Shown: piece after piece, positions 1 through 14,540 of the stretch
How positions within the stretch are numbered: position 1 is the first letter of the stretch
Layout: every line of letters begins with the position of its first letter
Assembly (NCBI GenBank): GCA_040772225.1
Contig: JAXGYO010000002.1
Span: 1,725,762-1,789,761, forward strand
Origin: Anaerolineae bacterium
Lineage (GTDB): Bacteria > Chloroflexota > Anaerolineae > UBA1429
DNA: 64,000 bases
Direction of reading: 5' to 3'
Notes under the pieces: generated by a model
Database searches by the model: none
Told to the model about the DNA's origin: nothing
What the model saw: only the letters and a program-made list of their open reading frames with translations
Position numbers and translations under genes: made by a program

Positions 1-40
1 GCCCCGTGGCGGGCGACCACCAAAGCCGAAACAATCCGCG

Positions 41-1191
41 CTACATCGCCTGCCGGTAAATCGCCTCTACATCATCCGCCGTCGTCACGCGCGGATTCCT
101 GCCAATCCCGGCCGACTTCATCGTATCGGCGATGAGATTGGGGAAATCCGCCTCAGTGACGCCACACGAGGCCAGGCCGTCGGGGATGCCGACAACCCGA
201 TTGAGCTCACGCACGCGCTCCACCGACGCCTCGGCGGCAGCGAGTCGCGTCATCCCGGTGGTATCAACACCCAGGGCCTCGGCCACGCGCGCAAAGCCTT
301 CGATGTCATAGGCCGCGTTAAAGGCCATCACATGGGGCAGCAGGATGGCGTTGGCAACGCCATGCGCCGTCCCGCACCAGCCGCTGACGGGATGCGACAT
401 AGAGTGGACGATCGTCAGGCCCGATTGGTTAAAGGCAATGCCCCCCTCCAGGCAAGCCATCATCATCCTCTCGCGTGCTGTTCGATTGCTGCCATCGTCG
501 ACAGCAACGGGAAGCCATTCGCCGATGAGGCGGACGGCGTCCAGCGCCAATGACCGTGTAAGGTCATACGCCCCCTTGCTGGTGACAGACTCGATCGCGT
601 GCGTCAGAGCATCCATTCCCGTCGCGGCGGTCATCCCCTTGGGAAGTGTCAGGGTCATCTCCGGGTCCACCAGAGCGCGCGTGGCAGCGCAGTTAGGGCC
701 CGAAAGGCCGAACTTGAAACGGCTATTGGGGTCCGTGAACACGATATTGTTCGTGACCTCGCTGGAGGTCCCGGCCGTAGTGGGGATGCAGATGCTGGGC
801 AGAGGAGCGACGGGCGGGTTCCTCCCCATATAGTCTTGCAGCCGGCCGCCATTGGTGGCCAGAAAGGCGACGCCTTTGGCCGTGTCCATGGGGCTGCCTC
901 CGCCGACGGCAACAACGCCATCCGCAGCAGACGCCTTCAGCAGTGCCAGGGCCTCTTCAACCATTGTGGTCTCTGGATTGGTGCCCACGCCATCATAGAT
1001 CTCGGCCGAGATGCCAGCGCTGGCCAGTGATGCGAGAACCCCATCCACAAGCCCGGCGCCACGCACACCCCGGTCGGTCACCACCAGCACTCGGGTCAGC
1101 CCCAAACCCTGGGCTTCCTCACCGGCCAGTGCGGCCACTCCCGCCCCATATGTCACAAAGGACGGCTGGCGAAACAGATATTTGTCCATTG
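41..1191 (-). CDS. Iron-containing (group III) alcohol dehydrogenase
   Basis: Long ORF with Fe-ADH motifs (GGGSPMDTAKG, glycine-rich NAD site). Start trimmed to MDKYLF, preceded by a GGAGG RBS on the minus strand. Confidence 0.85.
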
Positions 1192-1310
1192 CCCATAACC
1201 TCCTCATGTCAGTGCACTGCTTCCATCTTAGTAAAAAGCCGCCAGGATTTCCAGTGCAGGAGCGCCCTGCCGCAAGCGCGCCACCGTTATCCCACAAAAC
1301 CGTCACTTGG

Positions 1311-1338
1311 TTGCATTCACGCGACTCTATGCTATACT
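1311..1338 (+). promoter_or_regulatory. Sigma70-like promoter for tRNA-Val
   Basis: -35 TTGCAT (1311-1316), 16-nt spacer, -10 TATACT (1333-1338), about 12 nt before the tRNA 5' end. Confidence 0.4.
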
Positions 1339-1349
1339 TGTCTCGTAGC

Positions 1350-1423
<74 letters not shown>

Positions 1424-1426
1424 TGA

Positions 1427-1460
1427 AAGCCTCCTGTAAACAGGGGGCTTTTCACTTTTG
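1427..1460 (+). terminator. Rho-independent terminator after tRNA-Val
   Basis: Hairpin AAGCCTCCTG-TAAA-CAGGGGGCTT followed by TTCACTTTTG. Confidence 0.5.
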
Positions 1461-1608
1461 TGAAATACTCATGCCAAAACCTCTGGTCAGAAGGCCCACT
1501 TGGTGCTATGCTGCCAGGTGTAAATGGCTCCAGCACAGCGCGCAGGTCGGCGAGCCGGTCATCACCTGCGACCGCTAACAGGGGCAGACGCCACACAAAG
1601 GCAGGCCA

Positions 1609-3294
1609 ATGAGACTATCTCGTCCGCTCTCAAGCTATGTTCGAATCACACAACTGTTCTCTCCCACAGTGCACTACGGTCTGGACTTGAGCGCCTATGT
1701 GGGCACACCGGTCTATGCTACCGTCGATGGAATCGCCTATGGCAGATTCGACGCCACAGGCTTTGGACGCTACGTGCGCATTGAGACGCCAGAGGTCAAA
1801 GTGTACAGCGCACATCTGGATACGATCATTGTGGGTGAGGGGCAACCGGTCAAACGCGGCGCGATCATCGGCTATAGCGGGAATACAGGCAACAGCACGG
1901 GCCCGCATCTGCATCTCGAGGTCCGGCGTAATGCCGGCTCACCCTTCAAGTACGGAGCGATCGACCCCTGGCCGCTGATCGATTGGGAGTCCGCGCCAAA
2001 GAGCCGGCGCATCACCGGCGTGCACCTGGGCAACGCCTGTATCCTGAGTGCCCTGGACCGGCGGGTCGTCTCGATGCTGCATCCTGGATGCGTCGTACTC
2101 CGGCCTGATTATGCCCTCGATAAACAGCCTGTGACTGTGGCTGACATCGCCTGGATCCTCTCCGTCGTTCCTGACTGCCACGTGATTCTGCGGCCTCAGG
2201 TCACCGCGCTGCTTTCCAGCAGCGATGCAGGCTGCCGCCAGTACATCTCCGCAGTGGTAGGTATGCTCGACGATTGGTTGCGGGTGGTTCCCGCCCGTCA
2301 GCTTCACATACAGCTCTGGAATGAACCGAATGTGCCCCCGGCATCAGGAGGCACCGGTTTTGGAGACACAGAGGCCGGTATGCTACGCCTGAACAGCATG
2401 TTCTCTGAAGGCTACTGGCGCATCAAGGAACGCGCTCCCGAGGTCCGTGTAGGGTTCCCGCCGCTGGCCCCGCGGTATCGTGACTGCTGGTTCCCCGGCG
2501 ATGCATCGGGCCGTTACTACTTGCACGGCACCTCAGGATGTCGCGGAACCGAGACCATGACAGCGAGCGACCGGAGTGCAGCTCTCTCCAGCGGCCCCTG
2601 TTTCGGAGCGCTCACTATGGCTGACGAAGTCTACGCGCACACATTCGTCCACAACCGCGATGGCGTGCTCTCTTGCTGGAATCACGCGGCGTACGGGCGC
2701 CGCTACGAGGCGCTGCGCTACTGGTGGCCGAACAAACCCATGTGGATCACCGAGTACGGCTACCCCAACAGGCAACTGCTGGAGCAAGCGGGCGCCAGCC
2801 AGGCGTTGCTCTCCCACGCGAACTACATGGTCAGTCAGAGCGCCTTTGTGGGGAGCGCGGCGCTCTGGACACTGGGAAACGACCCCACCTGGGGAGGAGA
2901 GATGTTCATCCAGGACGGGCGCCCTTCTACGATCATACGCGATCTCACACTGCTTCAGGGGGACGGTGTGCCCGCCCCACCCAAGGAGGTACCTCCCATG
3001 TCTGACGAGCAGATCGGTTCCTGGCTATCGGATTTCCTTCAGGATCATGTACTGCCCCTGAACTCTGATGCTGCGCTGTACAAGGCAGCCAAGTTAAAGA
3101 ACCCACGTCTGACGCCCGCCAGTGACGAGTGTCGCCCGGCAGAGCTGCCTATCAGCCTGCCAGATAGCCTGCCCGCCGACATCGTCTGCCAGGTCTTTCG
3201 GGATCCCCTGGATGATGCCTGGCAGGATATCGCCTGGACGCGCATCGGAGAGTGGGCGCCTTCACAGATCCACTGGATACGCCGCAGGAACTGA
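1609..3294 (+). CDS. M23 (LytM-type) metallopeptidase fused to a clan GH-A (GH5-like) glycoside hydrolase-like domain
   Basis: N-terminal HxxxD (HYGLD) and HxH (HLHLE) M23 motifs. C-terminal domain has WNEPN (acid/base) and ITEYG (nucleophile) motifs typical of GH5/clan GH-A. No N-terminal signal peptide. Confidence 0.7.
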   Translation: MRLSRPLSSYVRITQLFSPTVHYGLDLSAYVGTPVYATVDGIAYGRFDATGFGRYVRIETPEVKVYSAHLDTIIVGEGQPVKRGAIIGYSGNTGNSTGPHLHLEVRRNAGSPFKYGAIDPWPLIDWESAPKSRRITGVHLGNACILSALDRRVVSMLHPGCVVLRPDYALDKQPVTVADIAWILSVVPDCHVILRPQVTALLSSSDAGCRQYISAVVGMLDDWLRVVPARQLHIQLWNEPNVPPASGGTGFGDTEAGMLRLNSMFSEGYWRIKERAPEVRVGFPPLAPRYRDCWFPGDASGRYYLHGTSGCRGTETMTASDRSAALSSGPCFGALTMADEVYAHTFVHNRDGVLSCWNHAAYGRRYEALRYWWPNKPMWITEYGYPNRQLLEQAGASQALLSHANYMVSQSAFVGSAALWTLGNDPTWGGEMFIQDGRPSTIIRDLTLLQGDGVPAPPKEVPPMSDEQIGSWLSDFLQDHVLPLNSDAALYKAAKLKNPRLTPASDECRPAELPISLPDSLPADIVCQVFRDPLDDAWQDIAWTRIGEWAPSQIHWIRRRN

Positions 3295-3343
3295 GCCTGC
3301 GACTGTGCGCGGCGCTGGGGAAAGAGGCTCGAACTGCACCAAA

Positions 3344-3375
3344 CCGGCCCGAACGATAGTTATCGTTCGGGCCGG
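3344..3375. terminator. Bidirectional hairpin terminator between convergent genes
   Basis: Near-perfect 13-15 bp inverted repeat CCGGCCCGAACGATA/TATCGTTCGGGCCGG between the M23 gene end and the glnA end. Confidence 0.5.
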
Positions 3376-3396
3376 CAATGTGTACGATCCGCGGAG

Positions 3397-4728
<1,332 letters not shown>

Positions 4729-4781
4729 GTACCCTCCTCTTCATATACCGAATCTAGGTCACAGGATAGAACACTGCGACG

Positions 4782-4841
4782 CTGTGCACATCGTGCACAG
4801 GTACTCAAGCGCGCGACCTGTCATTTGTGCATCTTGCACAA
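4782..4841. promoter_or_regulatory. Two palindromic candidate operators upstream of glnA
   Basis: CTGTGCAC-ATC-GTGCACAG (4782-4800) and TTGTGCA-TCT-TGCACAA (4825-4841). Both are perfect inverted repeats sharing a GTGCA/TGCAC core, 54-113 bp upstream of the glnA start. Confidence 0.35.
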
Positions 4842-4850
4842 GCGCCGTCG

Positions 4851-6348
4851 CTAGGCGCCGAGAAAGTGGATCCGCAGCGCAACCTGCAGGGCGAGTCGCG
4901 TGTCTGCGCTATCCAGATCGAGGCCGATGATCTCGGAGATACGCTGCAGGCGATAGTTGAGCGTGTTGCGGTGTACATAGAGCCGGCGGGCAGTCTCGCT
5001 GGCATTGGAGTTCTGCTCGAAATACGCCCGGAGCGTGGCCACCAGCTCGGTGTTGTGCTCCCGGTCATACTCCACCAGCAGACCGAGCGTGTCACCGTAA
5101 AAGCGGCGCACTTCGGCCTGATCCCGCAGCCCAAGCAGCAAGCGGTAGAGACCGAGATCGGAGTAGAAAAGCGGCCCTGACTGATCCTTCATCCGCCGGC
5201 CCATCTTCTCACCTGCCAGAGCCTGGTGCACAGCCTCAGAAAGACCCCTGGCGTCGGGAGCCACCCGACTCACGGCAACACGATAACCACGGGCAATCAG
5301 AGGCTCCGCCGCCCTGGTGAGCATGACACGCAGCCGCTGATCGCTGCTCGAGGGCGATGCAGAGACCAGAAACAGAGACACATCCTGATACCCCAGGGCC
5401 AGAGCAGATACGCCCTCACGCCGCCCGCAAAAACAGAGATCGCTCTCGAAAGAGGTTGCCAACGCGCTGGCAGCGCCCACTGTCTCATCATCAGAGGCCA
5501 GAGCCAGCACAAGGTGCCTCCGCCCGGGCGTGACGTCATAGCCCTGTCGTGAAAGACGGGACAGGATGCTGTCCGCATCAGCCGAAGCAGACAGGAGATC
5601 AGAGACCAGGTCAGCCGCAAATTGATCCTCTGTCTCGCGCCGCACACAGGTCTGGATCATCTCGAGCGCGCAGACCTCAGCCGCCTGTGTCGCAGCCACG
5701 CGCAGCAGCGCCGGCGCCCGTTCGGCCGTGGCGACCTTGAGCGTACCCAGGGACTTGCCAGTGACGGCAACCGGGTAGGTGTGCTCGCTTTGGGACATGT
5801 GCCCGCCGTTTCGCGCACTCTGAATCAGTACGGTCCCTGCACCATCCACCAGACAGGCCTGCACATCGAACTCGTCAGCCAGTCGCTCGATCACGGCGAC
5901 TGTGCCTCGATCCGACAACAACTCCTGGTACTCCTGCCGCCAGCGAGCAGCGTACAAAGCCTCCTGCCCCTCGCGGTCAAGCAGCGTTCGCAAGGCTTCT
6001 CGCTCTAGGGCGCGCAGGTCGGTGTCTGCGGGCACAGCGAACAGCGGTAGCACCAGCTCGTCGGCGAGTCTGCACGCCTCCTCATCAGGGGCCTCATCGA
6101 TCACCAGGCCCGCCGCATCGGCACGAGCCAGCTCTCGCATCAGATACGACAGGGTCAACTGGGCATCCAGGCGCCTGGCAACCTCCGGACGAGCGATGGC
6201 CAGGTGCCCCCGATCCAGCTCCGGGAAGAGCGGGTAGGTGGCGTGCAATGCGGTGACCCACTCCACCTGGCGATCGAGTCCGCGCTCTCCCCCACAGGGG
6301 CGGCAATCCCCCAGAACCAGGTCCCAGATATCTCTGACAGTCACTTCC

Positions 6349-6368
<20 letters not shown>
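4851..6368 (-). CDS. PucR/CdaR-family transcriptional regulator
   Basis: C-terminal PucR-type HTH ([28 protein letters not shown]). Lies between glnA and carB on the same strand. Confidence 0.8.
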
Positions 6369-9553
<3,185 letters not shown>

Positions 9554-9570
<17 letters not shown>

Positions 9571-10786
9571 GAACGCCCTCTCTACTGGCAAGCGCATCTA
9601 CAAACCCCTTGAGCAGCTGGAGGCTGTCATGGGGGCCGGGGGAAGACTCGGGATGGTATTGCACGCTGGCGATAGGCAGGGTCCGGTGTCGGATCCCCTC
9701 GATGGTGTGATCAAACAGGTTCACGTGTGTGATCTCGTAGGGCAGTCCCCGCAGGCTCTCTGGCATTACCGCATAGTTGTGATTCTGGCTGGTGATCGAG
9801 ACGCGGTTGGATCTTACGTCCTGGACAGGATGGTTGCTGCCATGGTGCCCAAAGGGAAGCTTGAAGGTGCGCCCGCCTGCCGCCAGGCAGATGATCTGGT
9901 GCCCCAGACAGATCCCATAGAGCGGAACACGTCCCATGAGTTCCCTCACCGACAGGATGGTGGCCGTCGCCTGCTCAGGGTCTCCGGGTCCGTTAGAGAT
10001 CAAGACGCCATCCGGCGCAAGGGCGAGAATCGCCGAGGCCGAAGCATCCGCAGGCACGACGGTGGTTCGCGCACCAAAGCCGGCCAAAAGGCGGAGTATG
10101 TTCTCCTTGGCACCACAATCGATCACGACGACATGGGGAGCACTGCCAGTGGCGGCCAGGTCATCCTGCACCGCAGAGAGCCAGGCGCCCGCTACTGTCT
10201 CAAGCCACGCGTGGCGTTCGCTCGAGGTCACCTGAGCCACCGGCGCCAGCAGGCTCATGTCCGGCGCATCTCGCGCCATTCTGACCAGCCGCTCGGGGTC
10301 CAGGTCGATGCTGGAGAGCGCTCCTCGCATGACGCCGGCCTCGCGCAGTCTCAGGGTGAGCCGCCGCGTATCGATGCCGTCCAGCGCGGGGACACCGGCC
10401 TCGCGCAGCATGTCCGGCAGCGCCCGCTGTGCGCGCCAGTTACTGGGTCGAAGTGTGATACGTCTGGCGAGAACGGCCCGTACGTGGGGTATACGCGCCT
10501 CACCATCCTCATCATTGACACCCACGTTTCCAATATGCGGGCAGGTAAACACGACCATCTGCCCCCAGTAGGAGGGATCGGTAATGGTCTCCTGATAGCC
10601 GGTCATGCCCGTCACAAACACCACCTCGCCGACCCACTCACCCTGTGCGGCGAGCGAGCGCCCGGCGTAGATGCTGCCGTCCTCGAGCGCGAGCAACCCC
10701 GAGACAGCCTCGGACACGGGCTGTTCATCCGCGGAGGTCACGGGCTTGTTCGCACGATCAGCTGTACAGGCGGACTGGAATGTCAT
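9554..10786 (-). CDS. carA: Carbamoyl-phosphate synthase small subunit (glutamine amidotransferase)
   Basis: CarA blocks ([16 protein letters not shown]; GATase-I C-terminal region with catalytic Cys). Overlaps the carB start. Confidence 0.9.
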
Positions 10787-10830
10787 GCTTTTCGCATTTG
10801 CTCCATAGTCGGACAGGGTTTGAGTGTTGA

Positions 10831-11628
10831 TCAGTACGCATAGAGACGGCCATAGGGCCGCCGGGTGCGCGGATACAGCTTGAGAAACGAGCCGTCAAGC
10901 AGAGCATCGGGATCGCGACCGAAACAGGCCGCAAAGGCGACCACATACTGGCGGACTGTGACCCAGTCATCGGCGTCGAGTTCGGCGACACCCACTTCCT
11001 TACCGAGGAAGCGATCATCAAAGGGGCCGCGGAGATAGATCACGCCGCCGTGCATGCCAGTGCCGATATAGCGTGAGGGATGTATCTCGCCCGCTTCGAG
11101 ATTCGCGCCCAGCACCAGGATAACGCCGCCGGCCATGTACTCGCCGAGGAAATGTTGTGCCGTCCCTCCGATGACAATCGCAGGGCGCTGTTCCCCATAC
11201 TCTTTCATGTGGATGCCCACGCGATAGCCTGCGTTTCCATTCACCAGAATGGTGCCTCCACGCATCGAGTGCCCAACGATGTCGCCAGCGGAGCCATGGA
11301 TCGCCAGCAACCCGCTGTTCATCGTGTTGCCGCAACCGTCCTGCGCGTCGCCCAGCACTTCCACCAGCGGTCCATCCATAAAGGCACCGAGATCGTTGCC
11401 CGGAACGCCCTCAATCACCATACTCACAGGCGCCTTCAGGTTCGTCCCCAGATAGCGCTGGCCCGATACAGCGTGCAGGGATAGGCGCCGGGCGCCCCGG
11501 TCCACCAGGCTGGCCAGCTCTGCATTCAGGGCCCTGTAGGGCACCCCGCGCGCATCGATGTCGATCGTCTCTGTTGAACAAATTGAACGGGCCGATTCCA
11601 GCGAGACGAGCAGGCGCAGATCAGCCAT
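10831..11628 (-). CDS. Glutamate synthase GXGXG domain protein (GltB3-like, archaeal-type split GOGAT)
   Basis: Repeated G-x-G-x-G beta-helix motifs (GTAQHFLGEYMAGGVILVLGAN). Confidence 0.8.
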   Translation of the reverse strand: MADLRLLVSLESARSICSTETIDIDARGVPYRALNAELASLVDRGARRLSLHAVSGQRYLGTNLKAPVSMVIEGVPGNDLGAFMDGPLVEVLGDAQDGCGNTMNSGLLAIHGSAGDIVGHSMRGGTILVNGNAGYRVGIHMKEYGEQRPAIVIGGTAQHFLGEYMAGGVILVLGANLEAGEIHPSRYIGTGMHGGVIYLRGPFDDRFLGKEVGVAELDADDWVTVRQYVVAFAACFGRDPDALLDGSFLKLYPRTRRPYGRLYAY

Positions 11629-12781
11629 AGCTGGGCTCCTTCACAGTACGTAGAGCTTTCCGGCTGGCGGTGCGCGGCGCTACCGGCATCTCGCCAAGCC
11701 TTCCCACCACGGCCTCGCCTCCGTAGGGTGTCCACACGGCGTCAACATCTTTCTCAACCAGGTGGATAGGGGCGATCTCTGATGACACATAAAGAATCGA
11801 GCCGGCGGTGGCCGCAACCAGGGGACGCAGCCGGATGCGATCGCCGAGACCGATCATCTCGCCTGTCCTGCCGATGATGACGGTAAAAGGCCCATTCATG
11901 AGCAAGGGCGCATACGTCTGACGGATCGCCCGGTAGAGGTGTTGCTCTCTCTCTGGCAGCATCTCGATCTCGGACCAGAGAGGGCTGGCCATCACCAGCG
12001 ACGCCTGTTGCGGCGTGAGGCCGTGGCGGCGCATCAGCAGGTCGCAGGCATAGGCCATGACCTCGGTATCGGTGCGCATGGTGCAGTGATAGCCCTTCAT
12101 CTCGAGATACCGCCGGTTGGTGCCATAGGATGAGATCTCACCGTTGTGCACAACCGACCAGTCCAGCAGGCCAAAGGGATGGGCGCCTCCCCACCAACCG
12201 GGCGTGTTGGTCGGGAAACGGTTGTGAGCGGTCCACATGTAACCGGCATAGTTCGCCACTCGGTAGAATTCTGCTATCTGCTGCGGGTGCCCCACACCCT
12301 TAAAGATGCCCAGGTTCTTACCACTGGAGTAGATATAGGCGCCCTGCATATGCGTATTGGCATACATCACATGGTGCACGACCCACTCGTCAGCGGTGAA
12401 CGAGCCATCATCTGGCAGCCTGGGAGCGCAGAAAAAGCGCCAGACGATCGGGGCATCCTCGATACCGGCCACAGGCCAATGGGGCACCGGCTCCTGGTGA
12501 ACGATGGAGAACTGCCGGGCCAGGTATTGCTCCATCTCCTGCCGGTCCAGATCAGACCGGCACATGACGTGGAGCGCGTACATCTCCGCCAGGTCCGGGT
12601 AACAGCCGTAGACAGCATAGCCGGCACCGAGGCCATTGCCGCGCTCCTGCATACTGTCCAGGGCCTGGACGGCTGCCTGGCCATCGTGCGTCCACCCAGA
12701 GGTATCTATGAACCCGAACAGGCCGCATGCGCTCGAGACACGATCGTCGTTGTAGCGATTCTCAATATGAGCCCAGGCCAT
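11621..12781 (-). CDS. Class II (Ntn) glutamine amidotransferase domain protein (GltB1-like)
   Basis: N-terminal Cys nucleophile context (SSACGLFGF) and purF/GltS-type GATase-2 blocks. Confidence 0.85.
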   Translation of the reverse strand: MAWAHIENRYNDDRVSSACGLFGFIDTSGWTHDGQAAVQALDSMQERGNGLGAGYAVYGCYPDLAEMYALHVMCRSDLDRQEMEQYLARQFSIVHQEPVPHWPVAGIEDAPIVWRFFCAPRLPDDGSFTADEWVVHHVMYANTHMQGAYIYSSGKNLGIFKGVGHPQQIAEFYRVANYAGYMWTAHNRFPTNTPGWWGGAHPFGLLDWSVVHNGEISSYGTNRRYLEMKGYHCTMRTDTEVMAYACDLLMRRHGLTPQQASLVMASPLWSEIEMLPEREQHLYRAIRQTYAPLLMNGPFTVIIGRTGEMIGLGDRIRLRPLVAATAGSILYVSSEIAPIHLVEKDVDAVWTPYGGEAVVGRLGEMPVAPRTASRKALRTVKEPSYG

Positions 12782-12789
12782 ATATCCCC

Positions 12790-14070
12790 CTATACCTCAA
12801 TCCCTGCGCCCTGGACCACATGCTTGCGGTACTGCTCGGGCAATGAGAGCAGACTTACATGTCCATCCAGCAGGCGCTGGCGATGCTGGCCGACGTCGAT
12901 CTTGTTCCGGATCAGGCCGGTGTAGATTCCTGCGCGGTCGATCTCACCGACGAGGATTGCCCCGATCAGTCGTCCATCGCGCATCACGAGCCGCTTGTAC
13001 GTGTTGCTGCGCTCGTCGATCTGGGCCAGCACGTCGTGTCCCTCCTCGGGAGCATTGCCGTTCCCGATGGACATAGCCGGCACTCCCATCACCTCAACAG
13101 TATTCATGGCCACGCCGCCCGGGTCAGGGCGAGACACACCGACCATGTGCGCGCCAGCGATCGCCCCCTGGCGGTAGGCGTTGGGCCAGATCGCTACCGT
13201 ACGGTTCATGTCCACAACCAGATCGTAGGCCTCGGCAACATCTCCAGCGGCATAGATGTCGGGATCAGAAGTGCGCATGTACGCATCGACGGAGACCCCC
13301 CGGTTGACCTGCAGGCCGGCTGCACTGGCGAGGCTCGCATTGGGCCGCACTCCGATCCCAAAGACCACTGCCTCGCAGTCCACGATGGTGCCATCCTTGA
13401 GCAACGCAGCCGAGACGCGGCAGTCGCCATCGCCTCGAATCTCCGTGACCGTATTCTCAGTTCGCACACTGACGCCTTGAGCCTCCAGCAGCCGCTTGAT
13501 CATGGCGGAGGCCGTGCCATCCAGCGCCGCAGCCAGGATAGTGGGCGCCAGCTCCACCATCGTCACCTGAACACCGCGCTTGATCAGGGCATCGGTGGCC
13601 TTGATGCCGATCATCCCACCGCCGACCACCACTGCACGGTGTTCGCCCTGGCCTTCCAGATAGCGGGCCAGGCGTGTCGCATCCCGTTGACGGGTGAAGG
13701 TGAACACGCCTTCCAGATCAAGGCCAGGGACAGGAGGCACAATCGGCTGCCCACCGGTGCTGATCAGCAAGCGATCGTAGGCGATCACCTTGCCCGTGGC
13801 TGTCGTGACCTGATGCGTCGCCGGGTCGATAGCGACGACGGGATCATCGGTGATCAGGGACACGTGATGTCGCGTGTAAAAGTCGGCGGGACGGTAGGCC
13901 AGTCGAGAGCGGTCGATCTCGCCCGCAAGGTAATGTGACAGCATCGGCCGCGAGTAGATCATGGGACCCTCTTCCGAGATCACCATGATCTCTGCCCCCT
14001 GATCGTGCTCCCGGATCGACTCTATCGCGCCAACAGATGTGGCCGAGTTCCCAATGATGACGATTCTCAT
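12790..14070 (-). CDS. FAD-dependent pyridine nucleotide-disulfide oxidoreductase (NirB/NADH-oxidase-like), putative electron-donor subunit
   Basis: Two Rossmann dinucleotide motifs (MRIVIIGNSATSVG; RAVVVGGGMIGIKATD). Embedded in the split GOGAT cluster. Confidence 0.75.
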   Translation of the reverse strand: MRIVIIGNSATSVGAIESIREHDQGAEIMVISEEGPMIYSRPMLSHYLAGEIDRSRLAYRPADFYTRHHVSLITDDPVVAIDPATHQVTTATGKVIAYDRLLISTGGQPIVPPVPGLDLEGVFTFTRQRDATRLARYLEGQGEHRAVVVGGGMIGIKATDALIKRGVQVTMVELAPTILAAALDGTASAMIKRLLEAQGVSVRTENTVTEIRGDGDCRVSAALLKDGTIVDCEAVVFGIGVRPNASLASAAGLQVNRGVSVDAYMRTSDPDIYAAGDVAEAYDLVVDMNRTVAIWPNAYRQGAIAGAHMVGVSRPDPGGVAMNTVEVMGVPAMSIGNGNAPEEGHDVLAQIDERSNTYKRLVMRDGRLIGAILVGEIDRAGIYTGLIRNKIDVGQHRQRLLDGHVSLLSLPEQYRKHVVQGAGIEV

Positions 14071-14531
14071 GCCGCACCCCCGTTGCGCTCAGGGACCTCT
14101 TCATAGGTGAGGGCCCCATTCGGGCAGTGGTCGACACAGGCGGGCACCTCCGCCCCATAGCAGAGATCGCACTTGCTCGCGATCCGGGTGCCAAGCGTGT
14201 TCTGTCGTATCGCCCCGGCCGGACACACCATGATGCACATCCAGCAGCCCACGCACCTGCTCTCGTCGCAGACGACGGCGCCAGTACGCTCATCGCGATG
14301 CATGGCTCCAGAGATGCAGGCCTCCAGGCAGGCCGGCTCGTCACACTGGCGACACTGCAGAGCAAAGGACACCGGGCCGCTCTCCTCAACGATCAGACGG
14401 GGCATCAGCTCGGTCCGCTCGCGACGGTAAGCCTTGATGATGTCGTGTGACTTGGAGTGTTGGACCAGGCAGTGTACCTCGCACAGGCGGCAGCCGATGC
14501 AGTGCTCTTCATGAATGACGATGCGCTTCAT
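14067..14531 (-). CDS. 4Fe-4S dicluster ferredoxin-domain protein
   Basis: Multiple CxxCxxC(xxx)C clusters (CIGCRLCEVHC, CRQCDEPAC, CVGCWMCIMVC). Confidence 0.8.
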   Translation of the reverse strand: MKRIVIHEEHCIGCRLCEVHCLVQHSKSHDIIKAYRRERTELMPRLIVEESGPVSFALQCRQCDEPACLEACISGAMHRDERTGAVVCDESRCVGCWMCIMVCPAGAIRQNTLGTRIASKCDLCYGAEVPACVDHCPNGALTYEEVPERNGGAA

Positions 14532-14540
14532 GGCGACCCC

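Noticed and set aside
1609-3294. M23-GH fusion as a prophage endolysin
   Set aside because: There are no holin, integrase, capsid or other phage genes on either side. tRNA adjacency alone is insufficient.
4782-4841. Interpreting the glnA palindromes as TnrA/GlnR or NtcA boxes
   Set aside because: Positions 5, 7, 11 and 13 of the 17-mer do not fit TGTNA-N7-TNACA, and the spacing does not fit GTA-N8-TAC. Left as candidate sites for an unknown regulator, possibly the adjacent PucR-family protein.
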